Shown: piece after piece, positions 61,060 through 64,000 of the stretch | Layout of the letters: the number at the start of each line of letters is the position of its first letter | Numbering within the stretch: the stretch's first letter is position 1 | Virus record (IMG/VR): IMGVR_UViG_3300009154_000048 | Length of the DNA stretch: 64,000 nucleotides | DNA from: an uncultured virus (IMG/VR IMGVR_UViG_3300009154_000048) | Taxonomy: Duplodnaviria > Heunggongvirae > Uroviricota > Caudoviricetes | Reading direction: 5' to 3' (one strand) | Translations under genes and position numbers: made by a program | Notes under the pieces: model-generated | What the model saw: the letters and a program-made list of their open reading frames with translations, nothing else | The model's database searches: none | Told to the model about the DNA's origin: nothing

Positions 61060-61401
61060 TCAAGGGCATCCTAGGACGAGAATTTTTTCAACCATGTCTT
61101 CGGGGACGAAGATCCAAGCGGTCATCGGCTTTGGACTATGCCATCTGATCATGGTCTCGACGAAACCCTCCATTTTTCCGCTTCGGGGGGTTTGGGTTCC
61201 GTGCGCCATGGACCAGGCGCCCCAGCGGTCGTGCCGGCCCTTCTTGGGGTAGGTCTGGTGGCCCATGTTGAAGCCGCGATCCTTCAGCCAAGTGACCGTC
61301 TTGAAATTTGGATTCCAAGCCCTCTTGGCAAGAACCCCGTCGCGTATCATCGCTTCCTTGATGATTTCGCCAAGTTTGCTGCGTAATTCTTGATTCATCA
61401 T
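61060..61401 (-). CDS. LVLG-tail paralog family member
   Basis: VPEDMVEKILVLGCP; related to 3146 and 9879. Confidence 0.7.
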   Translation of the reverse strand: MMNQELRSKLGEIIKEAMIRDGVLAKRAWNPNFKTVTWLKDRGFNMGHQTYPKKGRHDRWGAWSMAHGTQTPRSGKMEGFVETMIRWHSPKPMTAWIFVPEDMVEKILVLGCP

Positions 61402-61749
61402 TTAATCCCAATCAAGTTCGGTATTGGTTTTCTTTTCAACTGTCTGGCGTCGAGGAATCAGGAGTTGCCTAGAATGCGGTTTATTTTGTCTAGCCAAGGC
61501 TGTGCTTTTTTGTAGCGTATCTCGGCTAGTTCCTTGTTACCTTTTTCTGCGGCTTGATTGGCGAGATGTAGCCAATGGCCGCACATCTTCTCTGCGTGTT
61601 GAAGTCGTTCGGAATCGGCTAGGTTCTTGTCTTTGAAGAAGCCCAAGCCGTGGATAGATTTATCCCTTGGTCTTCCCCAACATATGACTTCGTAGATTGC
61701 TTCCATGTCTTCTAACCGTCTGAGGTCGAGAAATCAGGACGCTCATTTT

Positions 61750-62145
61750 TTAATGGGTTCCATCCGTCAAACTTACCCCGTGTTTGATTCCGGCGAAGTC
61801 CTTTATCAGATACGCGTCGATGGTTGTCATGTTGTTTTTCCAGGCTTTCCAGACGCGGTGGTTGCCGTCGATGATTTCCCATTTTCCGTCCGGTTTTTCC
61901 AGCACTAGAATTGGGAATGAAAGGTCTGCATTCATGGATCTTGTGACCCATTCGCCTTCTGCGTCCACGAACAAGCCTTTTGCGTCCTCGTATTTCTTTT
62001 GGATGTCCGAGATGTTGATGGCGACCGGTTTCAGGTTCTTTTTGGCCCAGGCGGCGATTTCGGGAACGCTGTGGTCACGTCCGTTGATCGTGTACAGCGA
62101 CTTGGGAAAATGATTTTCTGAGAGCCATTGGTGGAAGTTTTTCAC
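61750..62145 (-). CDS. ParB/Srx-like domain protein
   Basis: PILV......IIDGNHR..KA; MKNFHQWLSE N-terminus. Confidence 0.7.
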   Translation of the reverse strand: MKNFHQWLSENHFPKSLYTINGRDHSVPEIAAWAKKNLKPVAINISDIQKKYEDAKGLFVDAEGEWVTRSMNADLSFPILVLEKPDGKWEIIDGNHRVWKAWKNNMTTIDAYLIKDFAGIKHGVSLTDGTH

Positions 62146-62186
62146 ATTTTATCTATGCTTCTACGGATTTTAATGGGTTACGCTTG

Positions 62187-62891
62187 TCAATTATAAGAAA
62201 TCGTATCGTAGCCGTGTTTGAGGGCCCATGCCGCCATTTTTTCCAACATTTGCAGGTAGTATTCCAATCTTTCTTCTGTCAGTCCGAAACTGACCATTCT
62301 GCCGAAGGATTGGTCTGCGCTTTGGTCCGCCCTCAGGGCCATTTGCTTCTCGAAATCCGTTATTTTGGCCAACCTTATGTTGAGATCGGCCACGTTTATT
62401 TCTCCCCATCCTTCTTTGCGCATTCCGAGTAATTTGAAGATTTCCGTGGCGTTTGCGTCTGCAATGTTGATTTGGGGGGCGGGATCATCTACCGGGGTCA
62501 CTGAAACTGGGATCCTGTAAACTTCCACCTTTTTCAATCTGCTGACGTCCTTCCTTACCGGTCCGTTCTGTTTCATCCTGAATTCGGGCAGGAGGTACAG
62601 CAGGGCTTTGAGCATTTTGTCTCTGGATTCTTCCGGGATCATTCCCGAATAGAAGTTTATTTCTTCCTTGCGTTCCTCGCCGTAGAAATCTCCATCTGGT
62701 TCTATAAGATCGGAATTGTATTTGTCAAAACCTGCGGCTTCTAATTCTTTGGGGAACATCGAGTACATCTTGTCTTTAAGATGATAGCACAAGAAGTGAA
62801 GATCCTCATCTTCTTGACTTTTGTCTATTCCACTGACTTGGAAGGACACGGTTTCGTTCAGGCTTTCCAACCACTCGTTGAATTTTTTCAT
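62187..62891 (-). CDS. Hypothetical protein, possibly virion-internal
   Basis: MKKFNEWLE.LNE N-terminus. Confidence 0.7.
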   Translation of the reverse strand: MKKFNEWLESLNETVSFQVSGIDKSQEDEDLHFLCYHLKDKMYSMFPKELEAAGFDKYNSDLIEPDGDFYGEERKEEINFYSGMIPEESRDKMLKALLYLLPEFRMKQNGPVRKDVSRLKKVEVYRIPVSVTPVDDPAPQINIADANATEIFKLLGMRKEGWGEINVADLNIRLAKITDFEKQMALRADQSADQSFGRMVSFGLTEERLEYYLQMLEKMAAWALKHGYDTISYN

Positions 62892-62920
62892 TTCGCTTTA
62901 TATATGCGCCCCCTCATTTT

Positions 62921-63124
62921 TTAATGGGTTCCATCCGTCAAACTTACCCCGTGTTTGATTCCGGCGAGGAATGATTCCAGTTCGTATCCCATCTTGTCTT
63001 TGTCTGTGTATTTTCCGATGAGGATGCCTATTTCGTTTCCTAAGTCTCCCAAGTCGCATCCTTGTGGGATTCTGGATTTCTGGAGGTGTTCGATGAGTTC
63101 GGAGGTTATGTCTTGGAGTGTCAT
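62921..63124 (-). CDS. Hypothetical protein
   Basis: Shares its last 14 aa with 61750..62145. Confidence 0.55.
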   Translation of the reverse strand: MTLQDITSELIEHLQKSRIPQGCDLGDLGNEIGILIGKYTDKDKMGYELESFLAGIKHGVSLTDGTH

Positions 63125-63133
63125 GGGGGGCTG

Positions 63134-63784
63134 TTACCTGAGGACTTTGGGAAACCAGACGAGGGTGGGGCTTTTCATGTCCCGTCGGATTGGGCTGATT
63201 CTGGTCACGATGGCTCCCTTCTCGCTGGCGAGCCTTTCTGCGATTCTCCTGTATATCCTTGCCCTTCCATCTTTGGAATCCTCCCTTGTGGACATGACGA
63301 TTCCGTCTGGGGCGAAGTCTTGATAGTACCTTGCGGCGACTTGGCTGATTCCGGCGAAGACTTGGAGGGCGTCCTTTGTGGAGAGGTCCGCCTCGTCCTT
63401 GTCGCTGTACTCCGTGGTGTTCCGCCAGTAGAACCTCTGTCCCACGGGCTGGTACTCGAGCTTGCACTCGCTCCTTCCGAAGTGCATTTCGACGACCCTC
63501 TGGGTGTCGATCTCTATCTGGTTGACCCATATCGGGCCTTGGGTTTGGAGTTGCGAGAACTCGACGACGAACTGAAAGCCGGTGGGCTGTTCCGTTCCGA
63601 ACTCCCCGAGGAAGTCCCTCCTCATCTCGTCCCTGGTCTTCCCTTCCGGCTTATATTCGGGGGCCGCCGAGACGAGTCCCGTGGGGGTCCTGGCCATGGC
63701 GAAGGAGTACTTGGCCTCCATTCCGTTTCCGTGGAGCCACTTCCTGAAGCTGGCGCGGGTGTCGAGGGTCTCCTTGATTTCCAT
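63134..63784 (-). CDS. Hypothetical protein
   Basis: R.R.Y.R motif; CATAGATA upstream. Confidence 0.65.
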   Translation of the reverse strand: MEIKETLDTRASFRKWLHGNGMEAKYSFAMARTPTGLVSAAPEYKPEGKTRDEMRRDFLGEFGTEQPTGFQFVVEFSQLQTQGPIWVNQIEIDTQRVVEMHFGRSECKLEYQPVGQRFYWRNTTEYSDKDEADLSTKDALQVFAGISQVAARYYQDFAPDGIVMSTREDSKDGRARIYRRIAERLASEKGAIVTRISPIRRDMKSPTLVWFPKVLR

Positions 63785-63962
63785 GTCCTATCTATGTGGT
63801 TTGGTTTCATGTTTGTACCGGCTAAATAACGGTGAGGGTTTTCATGAAATCATTTTTGGAATGGCTTAAGAACATAGATCAGTTTGATGATGCGAGTTAT
63901 GCTGCCGAAAAATTAGTGCGATAGATTGGTTAAAATTGGGGGTCTGAAATGCCTCCCTTTCT

Positions 63963-63970
63963 CATAAATA
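63963..63970 (+). promoter_or_regulatory. T4-like late-promoter-type motif CATAAATA
   Basis: Followed by AAGGAG RBS and an ATG at 63988 that runs off the window. Confidence 0.5.
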
Positions 63971-64000
63971 CCCTAAAAGGAGTTTTTATGAGAACAGGAA

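Noticed and set aside
445..61740. Integron attC sites as the explanation for the cassette motif
   Set aside because: There is no RYYYAAC...GTTRRRY palindromic structure and no integrase; the position before the RBS fits a promoter.
1..64000. Alternative genetic code (stop-codon reassignment)
   Set aside because: Recognisable genes are intact in code 11, and TAA, TAG and TGA all serve as stops.

Overview
This 64 kb window looks like part of a large (jumbo-type) bacteriophage genome. It holds densely packed, mostly short genes, nearly all on the minus strand. Roughly 50 or more gene cassettes are each headed by one conserved intergenic motif (minus-strand CCTGAWWW-N5-7-CCAGAYRGTTGAAA). Recognisable genes include DUF932, DUF2958, a P-loop kinase, MpsC/DUF2294, a WGR-domain ATP-dependent DNA ligase, a PcfJ-like protein, TilS beside tRNA-Ile2(CAU), an HNH endonuclease, a MoxR-type AAA plus VWA/metallopeptidase pair, a ParB-like protein and 9 tRNAs. 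The standout locus is 45495-48850. It has two paralogous RAMP/Cas7-like genes, each followed by an array of non-coding units (7 and 9 units). Each unit is 10-14 GGY-NN pentamers ending in a conserved GAGCC-AAT-GGCTC hairpin. This is a candidate RNA-guided system with a non-contiguous guide code (VIPR-like). Other notable features are an expansion of about 27 paralogs sharing a C-terminal P-x-E/D-x-A-E-K-x-L-V-L-G motif, a strand-composition switch at an AT-rich gap near 51.3 kb (possible replication origin), atypical tRNAs, and a T4-like late-promoter motif. A Planctomycetota host is a weak inference. All protein family calls are by motif recognition only; no searches were run.
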